A stretch of 36,609 nt of DNA from Thermodesulfobacteriota bacterium (GTDB lineage Bacteria > Desulfobacterota_D > UBA1144 > Nemesobacterales > UBA2774), in NCBI GenBank assembly GCA_044451425.1, contig JBIOKC010000003.1:1-36609 (forward strand), given 5' to 3'. Positions 27,141 to 36,609 of the stretch are shown piece after piece (the stretch's first letter is position 1; every line of letters starts with the position of its first letter). Below the pieces are notes generated by a model that was given only the letters and a program-made list of their open reading frames with translations, did no database searches and had not been told where the DNA came from. Position numbers and translations under genes: made by a program.

Positions 27141-28393
27141 TGTAATATATTTGTGAAAAGCTCTTCATAGTTATCTATCATTGTCTTTAATGAGAAATCG
27201 TTTGCCCGTCGTTTGGCCAATTCGGAAAGTTCGTATCTGAGTTGTCTGTCCGACAGTAATTTTGTAATGGCGTCAGCTAGCTTGTTTTCATCTTTTGGTT
27301 TAACCAAAACTCCGCACTTCCCATTCTCCAGTATCTCTCCGGGTCCTGATGGGCAGTCGGTAGAGATTACGGGAATGCCGAGAGACATTGCCTCTATAAT
27401 GACGAGCGGAAGCCCCTCCCAATCAGAGCTTAACACGAATAAATCGCATCGAGAGATAATGTTGAAAGGATTTTTCCTCCACCCCAGGAATAATACGTCA
27501 TCGCCGATTCCGAGATTATTTGCCAGATTTTGAAGCTTCTCTTTTTTCTCTCCCGTTCCTAAAATCAGGAGTTTGGTGTTAGACCTGAATTGCATTTTAT
27601 TATAAGCTCTTATTAGTAGCTCATGGTTCTTCACATTTGTTAATCTGCCCGAAGTGATTATTTTCTTGGTGTTCTTATCCTGAAGAATTTCTTCGGTTTC
27701 GCCGTTGAGCTTCTCTTCGCTTTCCTTTTTAACATTCTCTATGTCAATTCCGTTATAGATTTTGATGACTTTGTCTTTAGGAAGCCAGCAGTATTTGACG
27801 AGGTCATCTTTGGATCCCTCGGATACTGCTATATGATAATCGGATCTTTTATACAGAAGTTTGATTAACATTCTATAACAGAAAAGATACGGGAAAGATT
27901 TAATTTCTCTTGATAAAATGGTATGATCCGAACAGCATGCAGGAATATCTGTTTTAAATAAGTATTTGTTTATCAGTACTATTAGGTTTGAATTAACGAG
28001 AAAACTTACGATTAAGTCCGGTTTCTCTTTTTGAATAATACCGTTTAGTACTTTTGAAGAAAGATATAAATCTCCTAGAAACTTTTCCATTTCCTCTCGT
28101 TTTTTCGAGTAACATTCTTTTGAAGTAAAGTATTTAAAGTTATAAAATTTGGCGATTCTTTCAATTAACAATTCAATCCTAGAATCATTATTGTCGGTTG
28201 ACATTAATTCCTGATTTGCAGAAGAGTAAAGTTTAACGGTGTCGGGAATGTCATATTCGATTTTAGAGTCTAGCGACATATATATAGAAGCCTTGAATTT
28301 GCCCGTATCCAAGCCGCTAACCAAGTTGCACATTATTTTCTCTGCCCCACCCCCTGCTAATGAATCTATTACAAAAAGGATATGTCGCTTCAT
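27137..28393 (-). CDS. GT4 family glycosyltransferase
   Basis: GGGAEK, IYNGID, GRL...KNH and SSDWEGLPLVIIEAM (EX7E motif). Its stop overlaps the HAD gene start (ATGA). Confidence 0.92.
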   Translation of the reverse strand: MKRHILFVIDSLAGGGAEKIMCNLVSGLDTGKFKASIYMSLDSKIEYDIPDTVKLYSSANQELMSTDNNDSRIELLIERIAKFYNFKYFTSKECYSKKREEMEKFLGDLYLSSKVLNGIIQKEKPDLIVSFLVNSNLIVLINKYLFKTDIPACCSDHTILSREIKSFPYLFCYRMLIKLLYKRSDYHIAVSEGSKDDLVKYCWLPKDKVIKIYNGIDIENVKKESEEKLNGETEEILQDKNTKKIITSGRLTNVKNHELLIRAYNKMQFRSNTKLLILGTGEKKEKLQNLANNLGIGDDVLFLGWRKNPFNIISRCDLFVLSSDWEGLPLVIIEAMSLGIPVISTDCPSGPGEILENGKCGVLVKPKDENKLADAITKLLSDRQLRYELSELAKRRANDFSLKTMIDNYEELFTNILQ

Positions 28394-28442
28394 GATAGTT
28401 TCGCTATTTGCGATTCAGCTTCCATTAAATATATATCTCGCA

Positions 28443-28471
28443 ATGATCAAAACGGTCCGGCGGTTTGTCAA
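28443..28471 (-). promoter_or_regulatory. Putative internal sigma70 promoter for the GT4-HAD-hypothetical module
   Basis: TTGACA-N17-GATCAT on the minus strand, 50 nt upstream of the GT4 start, inside a ~300-nt gap. Confidence 0.4.
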
Positions 28472-28699
28472 GAGCATCTATTTGTACTCTTAATTGTATT
28501 TTGTATAAATTCTCATTAGAACTGCCATCGAAAACAATATTTCCTATTCCAGTTAGAATAAACCCGCAGCTCCGCTAGAGTTCCCAGTAAATTTAGGGTC
28601 ATATTCATTCTCTGGAAATCTCACAAATCATAATGTTCACAGTATTCGAAGTATTTCACTTGATAAGTCGATATATTAAGTCTCTGTACGCAATACACT

Positions 28700-29413
28700 T
28701 TATTGATTAGAAGATATACTGCCATCTTTTATATATATTATCCTGCTAGTTAGCTCCAGCATTAATTTCCTGTCATGCGAGACAATGACTATCGTTTTTT
28801 TGTTATGTATCAGTTCTTTTATTTTGTTTATACATTTTTCCTGGAACGATTCGTCTCCTACGGCCAGTATCTCGTCTATCAATATGATGTCAGCGCTGCT
28901 GTGGATCGCTATCGAGAATCCGAGCCTGGCATTCATCCCGTTTGAATATTTTTTAATCGGCATATCGAGAAACCTTTCTTCTATATCCGAAAAAGCTATA
29001 ATGCTGTCGATCTTGGCCCTGATTTCCCCGATCGACATCCCGATAATCGTGCCGTTAGTATAAATGTTTTCCCTCCCCGTGAGGTCGGGATGGAACCCTG
29101 CGCCGACTGAGATGAGAGGCGCCACTCTGCCTGCGACTCCGATCTTGCCTAGGCTTGGGTAAGTAACGGAGGCTATGAGTTTCAATATAGTCGTTTTCCC
29201 GGCTCCGTTGGGTCCGAATAGACCCACGCACTCCCCCCTTTTGATCGAGATATTTATCCCCTTTAATGCCCAGAACTCTACTGAGGATAGCTTGTCTTTC
29301 CCGCCCTTTTTAAATATTCCTGTAATCTCTTCCCGCAGTGAGTTGTGGAAAATATCTCTCATCGAGTATTTTTTCCACACGTCCTTGAATTCTATGATTC
29401 CCTCAGATGACAT
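28700..29413 (-). CDS. wzt: Polysaccharide ABC exporter ATP-binding subunit (Wzt/RfbB/TagH type), no C-terminal carbohydrate-binding module
   Basis: FWALK, GPNGAGKTT, GAGFHPDLTGRENI, YSNGM.ARL.F, IDEILAVGD and VSHD. Confidence 0.9.
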   Translation of the reverse strand: MSSEGIIEFKDVWKKYSMRDIFHNSLREEITGIFKKGGKDKLSSVEFWALKGINISIKRGECVGLFGPNGAGKTTILKLIASVTYPSLGKIGVAGRVAPLISVGAGFHPDLTGRENIYTNGTIIGMSIGEIRAKIDSIIAFSDIEERFLDMPIKKYSNGMNARLGFSIAIHSSADIILIDEILAVGDESFQEKCINKIKELIHNKKTIVIVSHDRKLMLELTSRIIYIKDGSISSNQ

Positions 29414-30176
29414 CGGCAAAGTCCCGTTCGGTCTTTATGAAAAACCTGTAACATAGGAAATAAAATACCGCTACTATAATACTCACGAAAATAAACTGCC
29501 ATAACACTACGCCCCGACCCTCTATCAGACACCTCCTCATGTTTTCGATGAGGAAGGTCAGAGGATTAATAAATAAAATTAACTTGAATTCGATGCTCAA
29601 ATTATCGATGGAGTAGAGGACGGGTGAGGCAAAGAAAAGAAGCTGTATCAGAAACCCGGTCGCGAGCTTAACGTCCCTGTAATAAACATTCAGGCTCGAC
29701 AATAGAAGGCACATAGACATCGTAAAAAAAAATAACAGTACGAGAAGCGGCAGTATCCAGAATATGTAATACGTGATATGGATGTGATAGATCAGCAGCA
29801 GTGGTATAAATATCACCGATGCGATTATGTAATCGAGGAAGGCCATTACTAGGCCAGATAAGGGGAGTATCTCCCTCGGGAAGTATATCTTCGTGATGAG
29901 ATTGTAATTGCCAGTGAGACTCGTAAGCGAGAAATTCACTGAAGTGGCGAAGAATGTCCACGGCAAAAGTCCGGCATAAAAGAATACCGACCTCGGGTAG
30001 TCTGAAACATCGGCTCTGATTAGATAAGTAAATACGAACGTAAAGAGCAGCATCATGCTGAGAGGCTGAATTACCGCCCAGAGGACGCCGATTAAGGACT
30101 GACGGTACCTGATATTGAATTCCCGCCATACGTAGATAAAAAAGAGGTCTTTATAGGGTAAAATTCTTCTAAACAT
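29403..30176 (-). CDS. wzm: Polysaccharide ABC exporter permease (Wzm/RfbA/TagG type)
   Basis: RYRQSLIGVLWAVIQP, LITKIYFPRE, YYRD, SPVLY, NPL and C-terminal FADVI. Confidence 0.92.
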   Translation of the reverse strand: MFRRILPYKDLFFIYVWREFNIRYRQSLIGVLWAVIQPLSMMLLFTFVFTYLIRADVSDYPRSVFFYAGLLPWTFFATSVNFSLTSLTGNYNLITKIYFPREILPLSGLVMAFLDYIIASVIFIPLLLIYHIHITYYIFWILPLLVLLFFFTMSMCLLLSSLNVYYRDVKLATGFLIQLLFFASPVLYSIDNLSIEFKLILFINPLTFLIENMRRCLIEGRGVVLWQFIFVSIIVAVFYFLCYRFFIKTERDFADVI

Positions 30177-30212
30177 CGATATGATATACCTTACTCCGGG
30201 TCGGGGCAGGGT

Positions 30213-31115
30213 TTAATTATACTCCATTTTCTTGCCTGTTATCGAATACAGTATGCCGAGCATAAAACCGAGACTGAATTTTCCCTGCATCCTGAATTTA
30301 GTATTTATAGGCAATAGGAGCTTCGGGAAATACCTAGACCCGTTGAGCAGGAGCATCAACCATATAACGAACGGGTATCTGTTTTTAAGTTTTGCGAAGG
30401 AAGCCCCGACTGCGGCGGCCTTGCTCAGGCTTCCCGTGATTAGAGGCGGGTGCAAATAACTTGCAGTTTTCGAGTGTCTGACCTTTTTATCGGCAGCGGT
30501 CAGCCTTACGACTAGCTCGACGTCCTCCTGTCCGATTATTTCGGAGACGAAGCCCCCCAGTTCCCCGAGGGTCTCTCTTTTATAAGCCATACATCTGTTT
30601 GTAGGGAAATAGGGGTCGTGGAAGCTGTATTTTCCCTCCAAAAGGCAGTAGCTGGCGCTGCCCCGCGGTATAACCGCGTCCGTATCAGCAGCAAACTCTT
30701 CTGTCAGCTTCGATAGGAATCCCCTGTCGAGAATCACTGTATCGTCATCGAGAAAGAGGAGATATTTGCCTTTTGCCTTGCCGAGGCCGAAGTTCCTCGC
30801 ATACCCCATAACCCCGAAATTCTCTTCGAGTGTGAAGTACCTGAGATTGATCCTTTCTTCGAATTCCTTGGCCGCCTCTTTGCCCTCGCTAGTCCCTCCC
30901 CTGTCTTCGATGAGGATAACCTCGAATTTGTTTTTGTCGTATTGCTGTTCAGCCAGGCTCGTCAATATTCCCCTGAGGAGGTTAACCCTCCCGTAGAAGT
31001 TGATGACGCAGGAAATGTCACAGGAAGGATCGCCATCTCCTATCTCGGCATCGCCTTTTAACGGGAATGGGAATAACTTATAAGCAGCGGCTAATACTTT
31101 CGGCCTAATATTCAT
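30213..31115 (-). CDS. GT2 family glycosyltransferase
   Basis: FEVILIED, ARNFGL..AKGKYLLFLDDD (DxD motif), GGF and GQEDVE. Confidence 0.88.
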   Translation of the reverse strand: MNIRPKVLAAAYKLFPFPLKGDAEIGDGDPSCDISCVINFYGRVNLLRGILTSLAEQQYDKNKFEVILIEDRGGTSEGKEAAKEFEERINLRYFTLEENFGVMGYARNFGLGKAKGKYLLFLDDDTVILDRGFLSKLTEEFAADTDAVIPRGSASYCLLEGKYSFHDPYFPTNRCMAYKRETLGELGGFVSEIIGQEDVELVVRLTAADKKVRHSKTASYLHPPLITGSLSKAAAVGASFAKLKNRYPFVIWLMLLLNGSRYFPKLLLPINTKFRMQGKFSLGFMLGILYSITGKKMEYN

Positions 31116-31194
31116 TCAATTGTTGAGGCATTTGAGGTTATAGATTAAATTAGTAATTTTATCGATATAAATGTCAAGTGGTCCCAGGATAAAC

Positions 31195-31722
31195 ATGAGT
31201 GCTTCAGAACGAATAGAAATTGTGTTGGGTGATATCACCGATATGGATGTGGATGCGGTGGTAAACGCTGCTAACACACACCTCGTACTCGGGAGTGGCG
31301 TCGCGGGAGCGATAAGAAATAAAGGAGGCCCAGTGATACAGGCCGAATGCGATAATCTCGGCCCCATACCGCTCGGAGAGGCCGCGTTAACCACGGGAGG
31401 TGCGCTTAAGGCGCGTTATGTCATACACGCAGCCGGTATGCACCCGGGAGGGAGTGTAGGCAGGGACTCTCTCATTAACACAACTGTCAACGGTCTGCGA
31501 AGAGCGGATGAGAACCGTTTGAGAACGATTGCATTCCCGGCTATAGGGACCGGCGTAGGCGGGTTCCCCTTAAATGAATGCGCCGAGATAATGATCGGGA
31601 TTGTTACGGATTATCTCGAGGAAGAAAATATCGCCATCGAAAAAGTGTTCTTCGTTCTCTTCGACGGCTCGGCTTACGGGGTTTTCGAAAATGTCTTGAA
31701 GAGAAATCCGGATACAAAATAA
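31195..31722 (+). CDS. Macro domain protein (YmdB-like ADP-ribose hydrolase / O-acetyl-ADP-ribose deacetylase)
   Basis: GDIT, AVVNAAN..L..GSGVAGAI, VIHA and AFPAIGTGVGG. Confidence 0.93.
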   Translation: MSASERIEIVLGDITDMDVDAVVNAANTHLVLGSGVAGAIRNKGGPVIQAECDNLGPIPLGEAALTTGGALKARYVIHAAGMHPGGSVGRDSLINTTVNGLRRADENRLRTIAFPAIGTGVGGFPLNECAEIMIGIVTDYLEEENIAIEKVFFVLFDGSAYGVFENVLKRNPDTK

Positions 31723-31726
31723 GAAC

Positions 31727-32332
31727 ATGGAAATTCATTCACAAAAGAGTACAGCGAGTGAGTTAGAAGGGCTTTTAAGATCGAGAGTCCCCTTAAAGAT
31801 ATCGGGTGAAGGGGATTACGTTCACGCCGCGGTCATGATGATATTGGCTGAAAGCGCTCATGATTTGACCATGTTATTCATAAAGAGACCCGAAAGCGAT
31901 ATCGACGCCTTCTCCGGGCATATGGCGTTTCCGGGGGGAAAGATGAAGGAAGGGGACAAGGACGAGCTCGTCACCGCGATACGCGAGACGTACGAGGAAG
32001 TGGGAGTCGATCTCTATACCAGCGGCCGGGTAATCGGAGAGCTCGACGATATAAATCCCAATAACCCTAGGGCGAGCAACTACATAGTCACCCCGTATGT
32101 CTCAATACTCAAAAAAGAGGTTCTGATAAAGCCTAACCTCTATGAAGTGGAAGCCGTCGTGTGGATTCCGATGAGGCATTTAAAGGACGAAAGAAACTTC
32201 AAGACACGCTTCCGGGAGCGAAACGGAAAGCTGGTCGAGGATTATGTATACGGCTACGAGCAGTACATAATATGGGGCATGACGGGCAGGATACTCCACC
32301 GATTCCTCTCGTTTTCCTCTCATCTTTTCTGA
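31727..32332 (+). CDS. Nudix hydrolase, CoA pyrophosphatase (NudL/Pcd1) subfamily
   Basis: FIKR......SGHMAFPGG, Nudix box G....GD.....TAIRETYEEVG and IWGMT. Confidence 0.88.
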   Translation: MEIHSQKSTASELEGLLRSRVPLKISGEGDYVHAAVMMILAESAHDLTMLFIKRPESDIDAFSGHMAFPGGKMKEGDKDELVTAIRETYEEVGVDLYTSGRVIGELDDINPNNPRASNYIVTPYVSILKKEVLIKPNLYEVEAVVWIPMRHLKDERNFKTRFRERNGKLVEDYVYGYEQYIIWGMTGRILHRFLSFSSHLF

Positions 32333-32402
32333 TTTCTGGATTTTCAGAACCTCTAATGATAGAATTCACACTTAGATATATAATATATTCAGGGAGATAA
32401 TA

Positions 32403-32834
32403 ATGAGGGGAGTAAATAAGGTTATTTTGATCGGCAACCTGGGCCGCGACCCCGAAATCAGGTATACGACGAGCGGCCAGGCGGTAGCGAATTTCACTAT
32501 CGCTACTACGGAGGGGCATACGAATAAGGACGGCGAAAAGCAGGAATATACCGAATGGCACCGTATAGTTGCCTGGGGAAGGTTAGCCGAGATTTGTGGG
32601 GAGTATCTCTCGAAAGGCAAGATGATTTATGTGGAGGGTTCCATAAGGACCCGTTCTTGGGAGGACAAAGAGGGTAAAACCAGATATACTACTGAAATCA
32701 TAGCAAAAAACATGCAAATGCTGAGCCCTGTCGGCGCCAAGCCGGACGCTTCTTCGAGTCACGATGACCGCGCCCCGGAGGACTTCGAGATAGAAGAGGA
32801 TTCCTTCGGTTCGGACGACGATATACCGTTTTAA
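32403..32834 (+). CDS. ssb: Single-stranded DNA-binding protein
   Basis: [30 protein letters not shown] and acidic tail DDDIPF. Confidence 0.97.
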   Translation: MRGVNKVILIGNLGRDPEIRYTTSGQAVANFTIATTEGHTNKDGEKQEYTEWHRIVAWGRLAEICGEYLSKGKMIYVEGSIRTRSWEDKEGKTRYTTEIIAKNMQMLSPVGAKPDASSSHDDRAPEDFEIEEDSFGSDDDIPF

Positions 32835-32902
32835 AAGCGTAATTTCCGTCAGTCGGAGGAAATACGCCTAAGTTTCAAATACTGCCGGAATACGAATAGA
32901 TT

Positions 32903-33259
32903 ATGATTAAAACTAATATAAAAAAGGTCGATAAACCGTGGGGTTATGAGTTATGGTGGGCTCATACCGACAAGTATGTCGGAAAGATACTGCATATTAA
33001 CAAAGGCGAGAGCCTGAGTTATCAGTATCACGAAGTTAAGGACGAATCACTGTATCTCTACAGCGGGAAGATGACGATGGATATAGAGGAAGAGGGTGGC
33101 GTGAGAGAAACCGTGACTCTCTCAGCCGGGAGCTCAGTCAGGATAAGGCCCTTTACTAAGCACAGGATGACTGCTATCGAAGAATGCGATGTATTAGAGG
33201 TATCGACTCCCGAAATCGATGATATAGTTAGGATTGAAGACAGATACGGGAGGGTTTGA
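32903..33259 (+). CDS. Cupin domain protein (mannose-6-phosphate isomerase type II C-terminal-like)
   Basis: KPWG, LSYQYH..K.E, HRM and DDIVRIEDRYGR. Confidence 0.8.
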   Translation: MIKTNIKKVDKPWGYELWWAHTDKYVGKILHINKGESLSYQYHEVKDESLYLYSGKMTMDIEEEGGVRETVTLSAGSSVRIRPFTKHRMTAIEECDVLEVSTPEIDDIVRIEDRYGRV

Positions 33260-33268
33260 TATTTAGAC

Positions 33269-34654
33269 ATGGGCATTGCAGCAGTCGTTCTTGCCGCGGG
33301 TGTTGGGAAGAGGATGAAATCGAATATTCCCAAAGTGCTGTACCCGGTCTTGGGAAAACCCATGCTGGATTATGTCCTTGGTGCTGTCAAGGGCGTATCG
33401 CCTGCAAGAATAGTCGTAGTATTGGGGCAGGGCCGGGATGACGTAAAAAAATCGTTGGATGCAAAAGGACTCATCTTCGTAGAGCAGAAAGTGCAGCTTG
33501 GGACGGGTCACGCCGCGAACTGCGCTCGTAGTGTACTAAGCGCCTTTAAAGGCGATATACTGATTCTGAACGGTGACTTCCCGCTTATAACTACAGCCTC
33601 ACTTAAAAGTCTCATAAGGAAACACGAGAGCGAAAGAGCCGATGTCTCGATCTTGACTTCGCGCCTGGAAAACCCTGTTGGCTACGGAAGGGTAGTCAGA
33701 AGTGGTAAGGGAGCGATTGAGAAGATTGTCGAAGAGAAGGACGCATCTCCGGAGCAGAGAAAAATTGATGAGATAAATTCCGGCACATATTGTGTGAAAT
33801 CCGGATTTCTGTGGGAAGCTTTGAGAGGCATAGGTTCCGGGAACAAGCAAAAGGAATATTATCTTACGGACATAATCGGCATTGCCGCAAGGAGATCACG
33901 TAAAATCGCGGGGGTTCAAGTCAGGGACAGCAGCGAGGCCATGGGGGTAAACGATAGAGTGCAGCTTTCCGAGGTCGAATCTGTTCTCAGGAAGAGGGTC
34001 AATGATTCCCTAATGCGTTCTGGAGTGACCCTCATAGATCCGGGTAAAACTTATATTTCTCCTGAAGTAAAGATAGGCGTCGACTGCGTGATATATCCGA
34101 ATACCCATATATACGGGAAGTCCGTGATAGACAGGAATTCATCGATAGGTCCGGGGGTCTGGATCGAAGACTCGGTGCTTGGAAAGAATGTTACTATAAA
34201 GATGTCCTCATATATTACCAAGTCCCTCATAAGAGACGATGTAACGATAGGTCCTTTCGCGCACATCCGTCCGGAAGCGGAAATAATGGACGGCGTAAAA
34301 ATAGGGAATTTCGTAGAGATCAAGAAGTCTGTAATCGGCAGGGGCTCAAAAGTCCCCCATTTGTCATATGTGGGAGACGCTCTAGTAGGCCGGGATGTAA
34401 ATATAGGTGCGGGAACGATTACCTGTAACTACGACGGGTATAAAAAACATGAGACCATAATTGCGGACGGCGTGTTTATCGGCAGCGACACGATGCTTGT
34501 TGCTCCGGTCAAGATTGGAAAGGGCGCTACTACAGGGGCGGGTTCAACGATCACCAAAGACGTCCCCGAAGGCGCGCTCGCGATCGGCAGGGCGAAGCAG
34601 ACGGTAATAGAAAACTGGAAGAAAAAACCGAAAAACGAAAAAGGTAAGAAATAG
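33269..34654 (+). CDS. glmU: Bifunctional UDP-GlcNAc pyrophosphorylase / GlcN-1-P acetyltransferase
   Basis: LAAGVGKRMKS..PKVL, QLGTGHA, GYGR, EYYLTD, hexapeptide repeats, GNFVEIK, HLSYVGD and NYDG. Confidence 0.97.
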   Translation: MGIAAVVLAAGVGKRMKSNIPKVLYPVLGKPMLDYVLGAVKGVSPARIVVVLGQGRDDVKKSLDAKGLIFVEQKVQLGTGHAANCARSVLSAFKGDILILNGDFPLITTASLKSLIRKHESERADVSILTSRLENPVGYGRVVRSGKGAIEKIVEEKDASPEQRKIDEINSGTYCVKSGFLWEALRGIGSGNKQKEYYLTDIIGIAARRSRKIAGVQVRDSSEAMGVNDRVQLSEVESVLRKRVNDSLMRSGVTLIDPGKTYISPEVKIGVDCVIYPNTHIYGKSVIDRNSSIGPGVWIEDSVLGKNVTIKMSSYITKSLIRDDVTIGPFAHIRPEAEIMDGVKIGNFVEIKKSVIGRGSKVPHLSYVGDALVGRDVNIGAGTITCNYDGYKKHETIIADGVFIGSDTMLVAPVKIGKGATTGAGSTITKDVPEGALAIGRAKQTVIENWKKKPKNEKGKK

Positions 34655-36487
34655 ATGTGCGGGATAGTCGGATACGTCGGCAATCGGAAGAAAACAGTTA
34701 ATGTGCTGCTGGAGGGGCTCGCGAGGCTTGAGTACAGGGGTTATGATTCGTCAGGAATCGCTCTTATGGAAGGCGGGCGCCCTAGGGTATTCAGGAGCAC
34801 CGGAAAGCTCGTCAACCTGAGGAATAAATTACGCAAGCACGAACTCGAAGGCACACTCGGTATCGGGCACACGAGATGGGCGACACACGGCGGCGCCACT
34901 GAAAAGAACGCACACCCGCATTCTTCAGGCGGAACATCTGTGGTTCACAACGGAATAATTGAAAACTATATGGAGCTTAAGGAAGAGCTCATTAAGAAGG
35001 GATACAAATTCAGTTCCGATACCGATACAGAGGTGATTGCACATTTAATAGAGGATTGTTCGAGCGGCGGTCTCTCTTTCGAAGAAGCGTTTCGTGCCGC
35101 CTTCAAGAGGGTCGAGGGTTCGTATGCGGTAGCGGCGATATCGGATAGAGACCCTGAAAAAGTGATGGCGACCAGAAAATTTTCTCCGCTGATAGTAGCG
35201 ACCGGAGAGCACGAGAATTTTTTGGCGTCCGATGTGCCTGCCGTTCTGCCCTTTTGCAGGAACGTGATATTTTTGGAGGACGGGGATGTGGCCATACTCG
35301 AAAAGGAGCACATCAGGGTAACGAATGCGGACGGGAGCCCTGTTCCGCGGATGGTGCAGGAGATCAACTGGGACCCAGTTTCGGCCGAGAAGTGCGGATT
35401 CCGCCATTACATGCTTAAAGAAATTCACGAACAGCCCCAGGCCGTGCTCGACACGATGCGCGGCAGGTTCTCCGAGGAGACGGGGGAGGTATTCTTCGAC
35501 GGCATCGACGGAGATCAGTATAAGAATGTCAGACGCATAGTCATACTGGCGTGCGGCACTTCCTACCACGCCTCTCTGATCGGCAAGTATATGATAGAGA
35601 CTATAGCGAAGATACCCGTCCAGGTGGAGATAGCGTCCGAGTTCAGATACAGGAACCCGATTATAGACAGAGGGATACTCGCGATAGCCGTATCGCAATC
35701 GGGAGAAACGGCGGACACCTCGGTAGCTCTTTCGGAGGCTAAGTCCAGGGGGGCCAAGACGCTCGGTATAACCAACGTTCTGATGAGCAAGATAGCGAGG
35801 GAATCCGATAACGTGATCTACACACATGCGGGGCCCGAAATTGGCGTGGCCTCGACGAAAGCGTTCACCACTCAGCTCATAATATTCTTCTTCCTGTCCA
35901 TTTTCCTCGGCATGATTAAAAAACGGCTCGGCAAAAAAGAAAGTATCAGGTTGCTTAAAGACGCGATAAGGGTACCTCAGCTTATCCAGATCACGCTCGG
36001 GCTCGATGACGATATGAGGGAGCTCGCAAAGGATTTCTTTCAGTATAGGAATTTTCTCTATCTGGGCAGAGGGATAAGCCATCCCGTGGCCTCTGAGGGT
36101 GCGTTGAAGCTGAAAGAGGTCTCTTACATACACGCCGAAGCATATCCTGCGGGCGAGATGAAGCACGGCCCGATAGCTCTCATAGACGAAGATATGCCGG
36201 TCATATTGATTGCGCCCAATAACGGTATTACGTTCAAAAAAATATTGGGCAACTTGCAGGAAGTGAGGGCTCGCAGAGGCAAGGTGATATTCCTCACCTC
36301 CGATTCCTCTGCCGAGGTGCTGAGTGGCAACGTTGACCGTATGATCGAATTCCCGGAGAGTAACTATCTCTTGAGTCCCATAATCTCCATTATCCCACTT
36401 CAGCTCCTCGCCTATCACATAGCCGTTATGAAGGGGACGGATGTCGACCAGCCGAGGAATCTGGCTAAGGTAGTCACCGTCGAATAG
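34655..36487 (+). CDS. glmS: Glutamine--fructose-6-phosphate aminotransferase
   Basis: MCGIVG, LEYRGYDS, GHTRWATHG, SQSGETAD, ASTKAF, ALKLKE, EMKHGP and PRNLAKVVTVE. Confidence 0.98.
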   Translation: MCGIVGYVGNRKKTVNVLLEGLARLEYRGYDSSGIALMEGGRPRVFRSTGKLVNLRNKLRKHELEGTLGIGHTRWATHGGATEKNAHPHSSGGTSVVHNGIIENYMELKEELIKKGYKFSSDTDTEVIAHLIEDCSSGGLSFEEAFRAAFKRVEGSYAVAAISDRDPEKVMATRKFSPLIVATGEHENFLASDVPAVLPFCRNVIFLEDGDVAILEKEHIRVTNADGSPVPRMVQEINWDPVSAEKCGFRHYMLKEIHEQPQAVLDTMRGRFSEETGEVFFDGIDGDQYKNVRRIVILACGTSYHASLIGKYMIETIAKIPVQVEIASEFRYRNPIIDRGILAIAVSQSGETADTSVALSEAKSRGAKTLGITNVLMSKIARESDNVIYTHAGPEIGVASTKAFTTQLIIFFFLSIFLGMIKKRLGKKESIRLLKDAIRVPQLIQITLGLDDDMRELAKDFFQYRNFLYLGRGISHPVASEGALKLKEVSYIHAEAYPAGEMKHGPIALIDEDMPVILIAPNNGITFKKILGNLQEVRARRGKVIFLTSDSSAEVLSGNVDRMIEFPESNYLLSPIISIIPLQLLAYHIAVMKGTDVDQPRNLAKVVTVE

Positions 36488-36609
36488 GCTTGCTTGAGCG
36501 TATATCAGGAAGTGCCGGCGACTTGAACGCCTGATTCTCTCTGGTGGACGGTCTCTTTATCACTCATTCCAGTCGCGTTATTTATTCAGAGTGCGTTATT
36601 CTTGGGAAG

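Noticed and set aside
32837-32867. Hairpin after ssb (GCGT-A-ATTTCC...GGAAAT-ACGC) as a terminator
   Set aside because: There is no immediate U tract. It may be a stabilising hairpin, but the evidence is too weak to call.
34600-34660. glmS ribozyme
   Set aside because: The glmU stop directly abuts the glmS start, so there is no leader.
35045-36418. 457-aa antisense ORF within glmS, and similar long antisense ORFs in sucA, frhB, aspS and era
   Set aside because: No recognisable motifs. These are typical stop-free shadow frames opposite conserved genes.

Overview
This is a bacterial chromosomal window of roughly 45-50% GC by eye. Gene content and protein style suggest a deltaproteobacteria-like lineage, possibly Ca. 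Dadabacteria (inference only). In order it holds: partial sucB and sucA; a translationally coupled operon of an FrhB/FpoF-like Fe-S flavoprotein plus 2-oxoacid:ferredoxin oxidoreductase alpha/beta; a GldA/F/G-like ABC system with DUF4340; aspS; era flanked by two GT-C (GT39-like) paralogues, one broken by a single in-frame TAG; an enoyl-CoA hydratase; two tandem FmdB-type zinc-ribbon proteins, each split by a 75-aa insert; a ~140-nt structured intergenic element whose motifs resemble a circularly permuted raiA-motif RNA; hisIE, rpoZ and hydantoinase A; a UGM-like flavoprotein; an AT-rich Wzm/Wzt glycan locus with a probable PRPP-dependent ribofuranosyltransferase; and macro domain, Nudix, ssb, cupin, glmU and glmS genes. 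The best candidates for undescribed systems are (1) the split zinc-ribbon pair plus the putative permuted raiA-like RNA and (2) the FrhB-KorAB operon, a possible F420/flavin-linked 2-oxoacid oxidoreductase. No CRISPR array, tRNA, rRNA or transposase was seen.
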